Of a DNA stretch of 64,000 nt, positions 1-13,233 are shown in pieces. Under the pieces are notes generated by a model. It was not told the origin of the DNA. It searched no databases and saw only the letters and a list, made by a program, of their open reading frames with translations. Within the stretch, counting starts at the first letter, position 1. Each line of letters begins with the position of its first letter. The position numbers were made by a program, and so were the translations under genes. The stretch is from Eledone cirrhosa (Eukaryota), in assembly GCA_964016885.1 (NCBI GenBank), contig OZ024741.1, positions 311,922,001-311,986,000 on the forward strand, written 5' to 3'.

Positions 1-207
1 GCTTGTTTGTTTATTTTATTTTGTCTTCTTTGCGCATGCGTTTGCGTGTGTGTATAGTGTTACGTTTGCTGTGTGATGGGTGACTAGTGTGTGTTTATGT
101 GCTTGTTGTTATTGTGCTTGTGTATGTATTTATTTATTTATCTTATTTTATATACTTATTTATACTTCTCTTAGGTCAGAGTTGTTTGTTTGGGTGTTGT
201 TGTTATT

Positions 208-1710
208 TCATTCATTCTTTCTGTTTAGCTTTGGTCTTCTAATTTCTATTTCACTGGCCTCTCTGATTTGCCTATCTGCTGGGTCATTTCTATGTTTAGA
301 TATTATTCTAATTTCTATGTTGTCTATGTTACCGTCATGTTGTTGTCTAGCATGTTCGTATAGTACTGACCCGTTTTTTCGTCCTTTTAGTTCCCCCCAG
401 TGTTGGTCTATCCTTTCACCTATGCTACGAGCTGTCTCACCTATGTATGTTGTTGTCATGTTTCTGCATGAACCCTCTGTACATCTTATGCTATAGACTA
501 CGTTTCTAGTTTTACAGTTTATCCGGGGGTTCACCTTACATATGATACATTTCCTATTGGTACAGTGGGTTTTCTTAAAAGGGTAGGTTTTGCTGATCAG
601 GGATTTTATGGTGGTTCCTGGCTTTTCTACCACCTTTATTTTTAAGTGGGTCTTTCTCAGGGCCTTTCTACACTGGTTAGCTAATTGCCCTCCAGGGGTG
701 GCGTCCACAAACATGACACTCTGGTATCTCTGGTTGTCGTACCATGAGGTGGCTTTCCCTATCTTATGTCTAGCCCTATCTAAGCTATTCCATGATTTGC
801 TCCTGTATAATGGGCACATTCCTTTCATGTCCAGTTCTATGAGGGTCTTATACTTTTCCATGGCTCCTTCGTATACTCTGACTCTGTCTCTTTGGTTGTA
901 GCCAGAGAACTGCATGCGGTTGATGAAGTGTTGGATGTATCTTTCCATTTCTGTTGGGTCGCACATACGGGACACATTCTTCATCACTCGTACCAAATCT
1001 GCGATCAGAATATTAAACTTAGCACTACTGGACATTGCTGAGATTTTGAGTATCAGGTATTTGGAGGCCATGGGTTTAGCATAGTGTGAGTGCAGAATTT
1101 GGGCTCTCTCGTCTATAGTGTTAATCCAGAGTTCTGTGTCTAATACAGGTAGTCTATTGTTAGGGTGTTTCGAAGGGAAGTCGATAGTTACAGTTATACT
1201 CTGGTGTATGGAATTAGCTATCTGCTGGATGATTTCCATCGTGCTACGTTCTAAATCAAACTTGTTAGTGCTCTCTAGTGGGGGTGTTCTTATAACTATA
1301 TTGATATCGTGTACATAACGAGAGTACATGATGAGGTCTATGGAGCTTTCATTAAGGAGATCTTTAAGTCTCCTTTCCCACCATACCATGAAAAGGTTGG
1401 CAACATCACCAGCTATGCTGACGCCGATGGCTGCTCCCTCATTTTGGGTGTAGATTTTCTCATTGAACTTAAATATGTGGCCCTTTAGGGTAGTTTTGAT
1501 ACTAGCCCCTATTGCATGTGCGACCATTTTTCTTACCTGATCATTGTTTTTGGGGGTCCGTATAGCTTTGGTCCACCCAATCCACCTTCCCATGGGAGTC
1601 TTTTTTGCCATTGAGTTTATGGTGGGGGGTCTACCTCTTATAGGTCTACTAAGGCAGAAACATCTAAGGTCATGGCTGTCTAGGTAGTCAGTGTCGTAGG
1701 TAAGTCTAAG
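208..1710 (-). mobile_element. Penelope-like element, 5'-truncated RT plus C-terminal GIY-YIG endonuclease (ORF 208..1611)
   Basis: RT motifs EGAAIGVSIAGDVANLFM, YSRYVHD (catalytic YVDD changed to YVHD) and LPVLD; Cys linker CTNRKCIIC; GIY-YIG VVYSIRC...YIGETAR...H...H...IRE. The 3' UTR runs off the window start. Confidence 0.9.
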
Positions 1711-2205
1711 TAGGAAGTGTGTGTGTATGTGTATATAATATCATCACACAAAACTAAACAACATGATCTATTAGTTAAGAATCGACAAGATATGGTTTAT
1801 AACTTGGTTATATGCTGAACCATGGTGGATTATATGATAGACCCGTGGTCTATATATATTGCGTCTCATGGATTATGTGAGTGGTGGTCTGCGCGAAGAC
1901 AGTGGTACTGTTTTGCCTAAGCTATATTATGTTTTATAATATGTTTGATATTTTTGATATTTTGGTGTTTCTCTACATTCGGGATTGTATATCATACAGG
2001 TGTATGCGAAAACATGACTTAACAATTCAGATCAAATAATAATATCGATTGCCTGCTTCAACTGCCTGACCCTGCAAGTAACAATCTGCCGCATTCTAAT
2101 CCTGTATAAATAAGACACGCGTGCATGCTACACGTGAGATTGTTTCATACACTGACTACTCTAAACTTTCCTCTTGCTTTATCTTCATAAACTGCCAATG
2201 CTTCA

Positions 2206-2612
2206 TTTTTATTTTTATTTTTATTTTTATTTTTATTTTTATTTTTATTTTTATTTTTATTTTTATTATTTTTATTTTTATTTTTATTTTTATTTTTATT
2301 TTTATTATTTTTATTTTTATTTTTATTTTTATTTTTATTTTTATTTTTAATTTTATTTTTATTTTTATTTTTATTATTTTTATTTTTATTTTTATTTTTA
2401 TTTTTATTTTTATTTTTATTTTTATTTTTATTTTTATTTTTATTTTTAATTTTATTTTTATTTTTATTTTTATTTTTATTTTTATTTTTATTTTTATTTC
2501 TATTTTATTTTATTTTTATTTTTATTTCTATTTTTTTATTTTTTTTTATTTTTTTTTTATTTTTTATTTTTTTATTATTTTTTTTTTATTATTTTTTATT
2601 TTTTTATTTTTA
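2206..2612. repeat. (ATTTTT)n hexanucleotide microsatellite
   Basis: Direct reading; source of the spurious poly-IF ORF. Confidence 0.95.
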
Positions 2613-2754
2613 TTATCCTTTAACCTTTATATGTAAATTGCCATGCTATATCATTTTGATGGATGTCATCCCACTGTGGGTCAATATGTGCATATGTTTT
2701 TATATGTCTCTTGTGTTGAAAAGGAGGTCAAGTATGTTATAGATCAGTAAATAG

Positions 2755-2803
2755 TTGCTCCGAAGAAACCAAACCTCGGTTTGGAGGAAACAATTGTAAG
2801 CAA
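2755..2803 (+). ncRNA. Minimal type-I hammerhead ribozyme motif (U4C variant) in a probable PLE pseudo-LTR
   Basis: TTGCT-CCGAAGA-[CCAAACC/GGTTTGG stem II]-GAAA-CAATTG-TA^AGCAA. Perfect 5-bp stem I, palindromic loop III, AATAAA immediately downstream. Confidence 0.7.
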
Positions 2804-3009
2804 ATAAATGATTTAAACTGAACTTTGATTATTGTAATCTCTATATAACTGCTCTGTAAAACAACCGATGTTATTACATTGAGCTATTTATCTTACTGGT
2901 AATAAGATAGTAATTAATGACTATCTTTCACTATTTAGGATTTGTTTAAAAAATATATAACCATAAAAGGTTTTATTACATACATAACCATAAATAGTAT
3001 CCTTAATAC

Positions 3010-3115
3010 TATGTATATATGTATACATTTGTGTATATATATATGTATATATTTGTATGTGTGTTTGTATATATATATATGTATGTGTGTATGTGTGTAT
3101 GTATGTATGAATATT

Positions 3116-3148
<33 letters not shown>

Positions 3149-3205
3149 ATGTATGTGTATATGTGTGTTTGTATGTATATATGTATATGTGTATGTGAGT
3201 GTATA

Positions 3206-3258
<53 letters not shown>

Positions 3259-3333
3259 ATATATATGTGCGTGTGTGTGTGTGTATATGTATATATATAT
3301 ATATGTATATATATGTATATCTTTATATATATG

Positions 3334-3388
<55 letters not shown>

Positions 3389-3840
3389 GTATATGTGTAT
3401 ATATATATATGTATGTTTGTATATGTATGTATATATATGCATGTGTGTGTATGTATGTGTATATTTATATATTTATATATATATATATATATATGTGTGT
3501 GTCTATATATATGTATGTGTGTGCGTATATGTGTATATATGTATATGTATATATATAAATATATATATATATATGTGTGTATGTGTGTATGTATGTGTGC
3601 GTATGTATACATACATATGTGTGTGTGTGTTTGTGTGTATATGTGTGTATATATGTATGTATATATGTCTATATATGTGTATGTATGTATATATATGTGT
3701 ATATGTGTGTATATATATATAAGTGTATATATAGAATAGAATGAAACGAAATTTCATTTCTCACTCTTAGTACTGCACTTACTTAAATCTAAGTATGTAT
3801 GTATACGTACATACATATATGTATACAGACGTACAGTAGC

Positions 3841-3881
<41 letters not shown>

Positions 3882-4246
3882 CAGGCACACATATATATAT
3901 GCACGTATCAGTTTACCGAACATTTATTATAATGTCCCCTTTGTTCGTTTGTAAACAAACGAACAGCCTGATTTAGACCGTACAGTGTTCGGGCAACCAC
4001 GTGACCTTTTTGTTCAACACTGACACAGGAACGATGTACTAGTTTCAAGCTTATTAGCTATCGTCAGCACCGTATACCTTTCTGCCAGATGGTTGAACGT
4101 TCGAAAGTATATACTTTCCTTATGAAAATTAACGGCTGGGCAGCCTAATTTGCATATCAGGCTGTTCGTTTGTTTACAAACGAACAAAGCGAACATTATA
4201 ATAAATGTTCGGTAAACTGATTCGTGCATATATATATGTGTGCCTG

Positions 4247-4303
<57 letters not shown>

Positions 4304-4517
4304 ATGCTACTGTACGTCTGTATACATATATGTATGTACGTATACATACATACTTACATTTAAGGGTATATATATATATATATATATATATATGCATATG
4401 TATGTATATGTATATATATGTGTATATATTATGTATATATATGTGTGTGTGTAATTATATGTGTGTGTATATATATATGTATGTATATGTATTTATGTGT
4501 ATATGTATGTATATATT

Positions 4518-4575
<58 letters not shown>

Positions 4576-4775
4576 TATATGTATATGTGTGTGTATGTGT
4601 ATATATATATGTATATATGTATATATTTATATATATATATGTGGATGTGCGTATATATATGTATGTATATGTGTATATGTATGTATATATATATATATAT
4701 AGGTGTGTGTGTATGTATATGTATGTGTGTATATACATTTATATTGTATGTGTATGTATATATATGTGTTGCGTT

Positions 4776-4818
<43 letters not shown>

Positions 4819-5143
4819 ATGTGTGTGTGTATATATTTATATATATATGTATATGTTTACATATATATATGTGTGTATGTGTGTGTATATGTATATATGT
4901 ACACATGTGTATATATATATATATATATATGTGTGTGTATGTGTGTATATGTGTATATATATGTATGTGTGTATATATATATATATGTGTGTATGTATAT
5001 ATATATATATATATATATTTGTGTGTATATGTGTATATATATATGTGTGTACGTATGTGTATATGTGTGTATGTATATATATATATATATATGTGTGTGT
5101 GTATATGTGTATATATGTATGTGTGTATGTATGTGTGTATATG

Positions 5144-5182
<39 letters not shown>

Positions 5183-5330
5183 AAATATATGTATATATAT
5201 ATATATGTATGTATATATATGTATATATATATATTTATATATGTGTGTGTATATATATATGTGTATATGTGTATGTGGGTGTGTATATGGGTGCGCGCGA
5301 GTGTGCGAGTGAGTGTGTTTTGTGAATGTG
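3010..5330. repeat. Compound (TA)n/(TG)n microsatellite fields (3010-3735, 4365-5330)
   Basis: Direct reading. Confidence 0.95.
3783..4363. repeat. Foldback with ~190-205 bp inverted arms (3783-3972 / 4156-4363) and a ~180-bp unique spacer
   Basis: ...ttgttcgtttgtaaacaaacgaacagcctgat versus atcaggctgttcgtttgtttacaaacgaacaa...; the arms include microsatellite blocks. Confidence 0.85.
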
Positions 5331-5751
5331 TCTGTTGATTTTGGCATATAGTTGAATAGTTTAAGAGAAATTTGAGGACAATTGTAAGATATGCACTCAA
5401 TATTTTGCATTTGTCTACAGAATTCTCTAAACCTTTGTCACTTAGTAAAGAATTTAGCTTTTAAAGAATCTCCCTTTCCTTTAAATCTATGTACTATGAC
5501 TGACCCCCACTGATTTTATACACACCTGTTAGCTTAATAGATACTTAATAATAAGGATTGGCATGCCATCCTGAACCTGTTTATAGAATACTCTCTGCCT
5601 TTGTTACTCTAAAAATAAAAATAACCTATAGCTTTGTAGAATTAGCTTTTAATGAATTCTACCAACCAATGACCTACACCCATCCCACTCCCCACCCTCT
5701 CCGACCACTTGTAGAGACCTATATTATACCATACTTATTTTTTGATACCCA

Positions 5752-5790
5752 GATTCCTGATGATTTCTAAAGAATGAAACAGTACTAGTC
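5752..5790 (+). ncRNA. Hammerhead motif (family with U10.1-U11.1) in a PLE 3' end/pLTR remnant (about 5390-5885)
   Basis: gattc-CTGATGA-T-TTC TAAA GAA-T-GAAA-cagtac-tagtc. Downstream pLTR sequence is homologous to 33207-33332, 34485-34585 (-) and 43520-43580. Confidence 0.6.
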
Positions 5791-5884
5791 CTGTAGAATC
5801 TTATCTATATTAAAACTGTTATACTCTGCTATGTATTGAGTACCTTACTTACTGTGGTTACCTCCGATTCAACCCGGAATAACG

Positions 5885-5988
<104 letters not shown>

Positions 5989-5989
5989 A

Positions 5990-6700
5990 AGTGGTACACA
6001 ACAGTTAGTTCACCAGACTGAGAATTGTTTCACCTTAGCGGATCTTCAGCTCGTAATGGACATGGTTATACGGAACAGAAAAGACAACCGTACGAACGCG
6101 CATGCGCAGAAACGGTCACTTCACTCAGGCAATACTAAATTGCGTGCGAGAGCTGTAAGGGAGATAACTGCGAAAGTCCGAAAGTTTCTAGTTGATAGGA
6201 AAATTAGGATGTTGTTGTAATTCAATCCGGAGATTTGTAGTTATGTAAGAGGTGTTTCCAGACGTGTGTACAACGTGTGAAGAATACATTTCTTGTGTTT
6301 CTGCAATCGCTATTGCGTAATCTCTTTAGAATATTTATTCGTTCATCAATGGCTTGAACCTTTCATTGAATGTAGTAGTCTATACTTGAGTCCTTGAGGG
6401 ACCACACGTGACTGGCGAGTTTTGTGAATGAACGTCAGTTCGGGTACCTAAAGGTCGACTGCTGGTTGAGGAAGCGTTCCTAAATCGGCCCTTCGCCATA
6501 CCCACATAGGATTTGACCTCCTGTTGTTGATTTGGTCGGTTGGAAGTGACCACAGTTTCGGGTAAATATTTCATTTATTTTGTTTGACCTGTTTAGCTTG
6601 CCTCGTCTTTTTGGCTTAGGTGGTTGATAGCTTCTTAACCGCCATCTCAATTTGTTTGCCCCTTATAACCTATGTTTACTGCTCTGGTCTCTTTTTGGTC
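5990..6700 (-). mobile_element. Decayed PLE 3' fragment (GIY-YIG remnant) with hammerhead at 6019-6053
   Basis: SYVGMAKGRFR GIY-YIG-like motif; minus strand cgag-CTGAAGA-T-CC gctaa GG-T-GAAA-caattc; same pLTR family as 56460-56612. Confidence 0.65.
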
Positions 6701-6702
6701 CA

Positions 6703-6961
<259 letters not shown>

Positions 6962-7289
6962 GAAAAAGAAAGAGACAGACTAAAAGAGGCGAATAGCGGG
7001 TGAGAGAGACGGAGAGCGACATACACTGTGTTTGATACATGACAGTGGATGAGGGGAAGGATAGCTATGACTAATTAACACGTGTGCGTGTGTGTGTGCG
7101 TGCGCGTCTGTGTGTGTGTTCATGCAGCGTTCCACTCAGAGTTAAATCTATTAACGTGTGTGTACGTGCACACGTGCGTGGGTGAGTTTGCGTGCGTTTG
7201 AGCGTTTGCGTGCGTGAGTGTATGTGTGTGTACGTGCGTGTGGCGTTTCACTTACGCCATTTTTTTCAGTGACAGTAGTTGTTGTATAA

Positions 7290-10200
7290 GATAATTTATT
7301 CAGATTGGCCGCGATAATGGAGACTGGTCGACTGTGCTACATAAGATTAAACCAGACAAAACTATGCTGCGACGATTACATTCACCTACGTGATGGAATG
7401 AACAATAATGAAAACAGATAACATTGGAAAGGTTTGCATTTTACCTTCAACCTTCGAAGGAAGTCCCCGTTGTGTGCATTCAAGAACCCAGGACGGGATG
7501 ACGTATGTGCGCGAGTACAGAAAACCAGACCTATTTATTACTTTTACATCCAATCCTTCGTGACAAGAAATTGCCCATGAACTCCTTCCAGGGCAACAGC
7601 CCAGCGGTCGCCATGACCTCCCATCCAGAGTCTTCGAGCTAAAAGTATACAAACTAATGGACCTTATCACAAAGGGCCAGGTATTTGGATGTGTGCAATG
7701 TTACATGTACACAATTGAATGGCAGAAGCGGGGACTCTCCCATGCTCACATTCTTTTTGGGTTGTCGACAAAAATCAGTGCAGACGACATCGACAAGATT
7801 ATATCCGCAGAGCTTCCAAACCCGCAAACTGACAAAATCCTATTTGACAGGGTTACGGCGCACATGGTTCACGGTCCTTTTGGAAGTTGCTTCAAATCTA
7901 ACTCCCCGTATTTGAACAACGGTATTTTCTCCAAAAAATACCCAAAAGCCTTCCTTCGCGAAACTCAAACTGCTGATGACGGATACCCATCATACAGACG
8001 AAGAAGCCCTGAGGACGGAGGATTAACAGCACTGGTTGGAAAACATGTAATTGACAACCGATGGATTGTACCGTCCTGCCCATTACTACTCAAGGTGTTC
8101 AACTCCCACATAAATGTGGAAAGGTGCAACTCTATTAAATCAATCAAATATGTCTGCAAGTATATAAATAAGGGCCCGAATGCCGTCATGCTCGGGCTTA
8201 AAGAAAAAACAACCGGGAGGAAGTTGCACAGTACCAATCAGCACGAAATATAATTACCAGCGAGGCCTTTTGGTGAATTTACCGTTTCTCAATGCACAGA
8301 AGATACCGTGCCCTCCAACACCTTGCTGTGCACCTGAAAAACGGCCAAAGCGTGTACTATACAAGACAAACAGCTTTTCTGAGGGCTCTGCAACCAAGGA
8401 ACACAACTCTTACTGCATTCTTTCAACTATATCAAGGCGGCGCATTCGCTCGCACTTTGCTGTATCTCCCAAGTCCCCTCTTTCTACAAATGGGAAAAGT
8501 ATTCATGGAAGCCAAGAATCAAGGGTGAAAGCGTTGATGGTCATCCAGATTTTAACTTTGATAGCTACGTAGCGCGAGTTTACACAGTGCCCCCCATCTA
8601 CCAAGAATGTTACTACCTGCGTATTCTTCTCAATGTCGTAAGAGGACCAACCAGTTTTCAACACGTAAGAACTGTTGATGGCCAAATTGGCGACACGTAC
8701 AGAGAGACCTGCCTCAGGCGTGGACTACTGGAAGATGGTCCTCAGTGGGATGGCACTTTGGCAGAAGCAGTTGTTTCACAACTGCCACACAGCCTTAGGA
8801 AGCTTTTTGCTGTCTTACTGTACATTTGTTAATTGCCCGGTCCTTCCTTCTTGTGGCTTAAGTACAGACATGACCTGTCTGAGGACTTCAGCCATCAAGC
8901 ACAATTACAACTTCCTGACATGGAAGTAGGCTTCACAGATGAAATCTACAACAAAGCACTTATTAAAATTGAAAATATGATTGCTGCCATGGGTGGGAAT
9001 GCTCTGCAGACATATGGCCTGCCCCAAACCAACAGAACAGGCTCCGACGTCATTTCCGCAGAAATACTTCGGGAACTATCCTACGACACTGACAGCTTGG
9101 CTACATATGTCACTGAATATGAACCAAATGCTGCTGCAGGAACAGGAACGAGCATATAACAATATTGCTGACTGTGTCCACCTTCGTACGGGAGGAATCT
9201 TTTTCTTGGACGCCCCTGGAGGCACATGGAAGACTTTTGTCATACGGCTTCTCCTTGCCAAGGTTCGACAACACAGACACATAGCACTTACTGTTGTGTC
9301 TTCCGGTATTGCAGCAACCTTGCCTCCTGGGGGAAGGACAGCACATTCAACCTTCAAACTCACCCTCAATATGACAGCAAATGACACACCCTGCTGTAAT
9401 ATTACCAATGGATCAGAAAAGGCAGAACTGCTTAAAAGGTGTGAACTTATAGTTTGGAACGAATGTACCATGCCTCATAAAGGAGATTTGGAGGCACTGG
9501 ACCGGGCTTTAAGAGAAATAAGAGACTCCCAGGATCCCATGGTATGCGTCCTTTTATCCGGAGATTTTAGACAAACCCTCCCTGTTATTCCTAAAGGAAC
9601 AAGGGCTGATGCTATTTGAGCATGCTTAAAGTCATGTCAGCTTTGGCGTTATGTCACAACATTAACGCTCTCTACGAACATGAGAGCTCGGATGCTTGGT
9701 GACCAAGTGTCATCAGATTTTGCTACCAGCCTATTTACACTTGGGAACGGTAAAGTGCCACTTGATGAAGATGAAAAAATCTCCCTCGAACAGGTCTGCA
9801 CTTTAGTCGACAGTGCTGACAACTTGACAGATGCAGTATTCCCTGAGTTGAGCCCTAACTACCAATATCCAAACTGGCTGTGCGAAGGGCAATACTGGCT
9901 CCGGAAAATGAGACTGTCGACAACATCAACAGACAACTGCTTAAGTCTCTTCCTACAGCTTCGTGTACATACAAGTCTATCGATACAGTCACAGAACCTA
10001 TTAACTACCCAATTGAGTTTCTTAATCTATTGCACCCCTCTGGGTTGCCATCTCATCGATTGGAACTTGAGCAAAGATGCCCAATTATGCTTTTGAGGAA
10101 TCTACACCCTCCAAAACTCTGCAACAGCACCTGCCTTACGATAAAGAAACTAACGCAAAACTTGATCGAGGCGACAATTCTCTCGGGGTGTGGAAAGGGG

Positions 10201-10480
10201 AAAAGTATTTTTATCCCAAGGATTCCCCTGTGTCCGTCAACATCAGAGATCCTCTTTTCATTTAGGAGGCTCCATTTTCCAGTTCGTTGTAGTTTCGCTA
10301 TGACGAAAAATAAGTCTCAGGGGTAAACATTGTCCGCCGTGGGAATAAACCTAGTAGAGCCATGCTTTTCGCACAGTCAGCTATACGTTGGATGTTCACG
10401 AGTAGGAAGCAAAAGAAACCTTTATGCATTTGCTCCAAACGGTAAAACTACAAACATTGTGTACCAAGAAGTTCTGTAAT
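7290..10480 (+). mobile_element. Helitron RepHel pseudogene (HUH Rep plus Pif1-family helicase), frameshifted
   Basis: ILPSTFEGSPR, EWQKRGLSHAH (HUH), KYVCKYINKG (Y2), DAPGGTWKT (Walker A), SSGIAATL, GGRTAHS, SGDFRQTLPV, FAMTKNKSQG; many stops and frameshifts. Confidence 0.93.
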
Positions 10481-10599
10481 CAACACTGCGACACAAACCG
10501 TCTTCTAACGATCAAATACCTCGCTGCTTTCAATAATTACAAAATTGTAGAAATACTGCCTTTTTGAAATTCATAATACCATACTTTTAGACTGTAACC

Positions 10600-11260
10600 G
10601 TTGTGACCACTTTGAGCTGCACGGTATTGAAATGCACGTTCCCCTCTGGTCGGTTGAGCCAGTTTTCCATGGATACACCAGCGCGTGCAGCAGACGTTGA
10701 TTCACATGTCTTTGCTGCCGCAGTTGACGCTGTGTTTAGGTTGATACAGCTCAAGCAGCAGACGTTGACTCACAGTTCTTTGCTGCCGCATTTGAGGCTG
10801 CGTTTCGGTTGAAGCAGCTCAAGCTGCGGAAGTTGATTCCCATTTCTTTGCAGCCGCAGTTGACGCTTTGTTTCGGTTGATGCAGCTCGAGCTGCGGAAG
10901 TTGCCTCAGCCTTTCTATGCCGCCGTAATGAACGCTGTGGTTCGTTCTCTGCATCTCTTGCAATAGACGTTGCCTCAATATTTGCTTTCAGTCGCAGTGA
11001 GAGAATCGTTTTCTGTACCTCAAGCAGCAGTTGCCGCAGCATATATTTGCTGTCGTATCGAACGTTGTGTTTCGTTTTCTGCATCTCGTGCAATAGAAGT
11101 TGTTTCAGCATTTTTTCTTTTGGTGTAATAATCGCAATTCGTTATTCTCTGTCACTTTTGCAATCGAGGTTGGTGCAGAATTTGTGTTGAGGAATTTTGA
11201 GCGTCCCTCATGTCTGGTCTATGTCACTGCAATCAGTCTAAGGAAAGCAACGTCACAGTT
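10600..11260 (-). mobile_element. Probable Helitron RepHel N-terminal fragment with ~66-bp (22-aa) tandem repeats
   Basis: Repeated AARAASTETxRQLRxQRxxESTS-type units, similar in period and composition to the N-terminal repeats of the Helitrons at 42650-42930 and 48310-48600. Confidence 0.55.
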
Positions 11261-11507
11261 TCTATTGGCAGCCACAACTATACAGAATGGTAAGCATTTC
11301 AAACTACATAAAACATTAGAATGCATACATATACCGAATGCATAACGAAAAAGTTACATGTTTCTACTGTAGCAAACATATGGCACCCCTCCCCCTCATT
11401 TGTAACTTCCATTACATGGCTATTTGTTCCTTTTGTGTATGTATGTATATATATATATTCATGCGTTTGTCTGGTTTTTTTTTTTCTGTTATTCCAGACA
11501 AACACAG

Positions 11508-11558
<51 letters not shown>

Positions 11559-11574
11559 CATACACAAAAGGAAC

Positions 11575-12497
11575 AAACAGCGATGGGAACTGAAGTAACC
11601 CCAACATATGCAACACTCATCATGGGTCACCTACAGCTGCAGGAAACATTCAGTCACGACTTTGCCACCTACATTAATAACAACTGGAAATGTTACCTAG
11701 GCGACTGCTTCAACTTCTGTAATAGAAGCCAAGGAGACCTGCAAAGATTAAATTCCATCAAAAACAGGCTTCATGAGAGCAAAACGATTTACCATGGATT
11801 GAAACAAAAAGGAACGACTATTTTGGGATATCATTATCAATAAAGAAGGGGAAAATATAAAACAGACCTATTTTATAATCCAACAGACACACACCAGTAC
11901 TTGAATTTCCGATCAGCACATCACTCACATACCAAAAGGAACATTGCCTTTGATATGGCAAAACGAATTTGAACCATAGTAATACCACCCACACTATAGG
12001 AAAAAATATTATATGAATATCCCAGTGACAAAATTGAGAAAAACATACCAACAAAATAAAAGGGAAAAAGCAGTTATCCCTTTTATCGTCACTTACAATC
12101 CAAGGAACTTCAACATTGTGAAAGCCGCTAAACAACTTTTCCCGATTCTCAAGAAGTCCCCCAAAATGAAAGCACTCATAAAAGACTCACAAATACTATA
12201 TAGTAGACGCCAAGCACCTAACTTTAAAAACGCTGCTTATTCGTGCGAAATTGACGTCTGAAAATGAAACAATGCAAGTTAAGAAATGATACGGAACTTG
12301 CTAATATGGAACTTGCTAATTCATTGAAGAGAGTGGGCAAATCTTTAGAAACAATGGCATTTTCAAATTTAAGGCAAATTGAATTGCAAAACAAAAACCT
12401 TAATTTATTATGTGACCTGCCCACAATGTGAAGAATACTTTGTCAGAAACGCCACATGCAGTGAACACTTCGCATCATGCGGGAAGGGGAAATTCAG
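11575..12497 (+). mobile_element. Decayed Neptune-like PLE (RT plus GIY-YIG), cut at its 3' end by an RTE LINE
   Basis: TAMGTEVTPTYATL, WKCYLGDCF, IPFIVTYNP, NCKTKTLIYYVTCPQCEEY; homologous to 25637-27075. Confidence 0.8.
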
Positions 12498-13170
12498 TTT
12501 AGTGCCTACTTCTCCTGATGACTTCAGCATCTCAAAAACTATCCCCGATGTTCCAGCGGCCTTACCATTTTTCATTTCCTTAATTGCCTCTTGGACCCTG
12601 TATTCGTCAATCTCAATAGCTGGTCCCTCTGTCGGGTCTACTGGGGTTAATTTCTCTCTCACCCATTCGTTCTCCGCATTCATCAGTCTCTAATAATGAC
12701 ATTTCCAGGCCTCCTTTTTTCTGATCATTCGTGACACTAAGTAGACCAGCATCATTCCGGACACACTTATCTCCAACAACATCCTGATTTACACTGACAC
12801 CCAGCCTTACAATGCGGAACACCCAACGTCTCTAATCTTCCCGTTGCAGAACATTGGCAAACCTCCTACACTCAGACTCCCTCTGTGTTAAGTACACCTG
12901 ACATCTAGCTACTCTCTTAGCGGCTGTGTATCCTTCTCTACTCTCACCATTTTCCCAAGCGTTCCATGCTAGTCTGTTGTCTCTAATGGCCCTATCTATC
13001 GTGCTGTTCCACCACCAGGTCACTCTCTGTCTGGTTAGAGCTCTGCTCCAGCCACACGTTTCTTCAGTAGCCGGCAGTAAGTTGTCACGTAAACAATTCC
13101 AATTATCATCTATGTCATACGACTCTAGATCGTCATTTTTTCGTCATACACAATTTGAAGGGCTTTCCAT
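12498..13170 (-). mobile_element. Inverted 5' segment of an RTE-clade LINE
   Basis: RVTWWWN, DVVGDKCVRNDAG, EAIKEMKNGKAAGTSGIVFEMLKSSGEVG; protein continues in the + strand piece from 13234. Confidence 0.85.
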
Positions 13171-13233
13171 AATTTATATATATATATTTATATATTTATA
13201 TATATAATCGGTACAGTAATATATATGAATAAA

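Noticed and set aside
9130-10480. Host PIF1 helicase gene
   Set aside because: It is intronless, frameshifted and fused downstream of an HUH Rep domain, so it is a Helitron.
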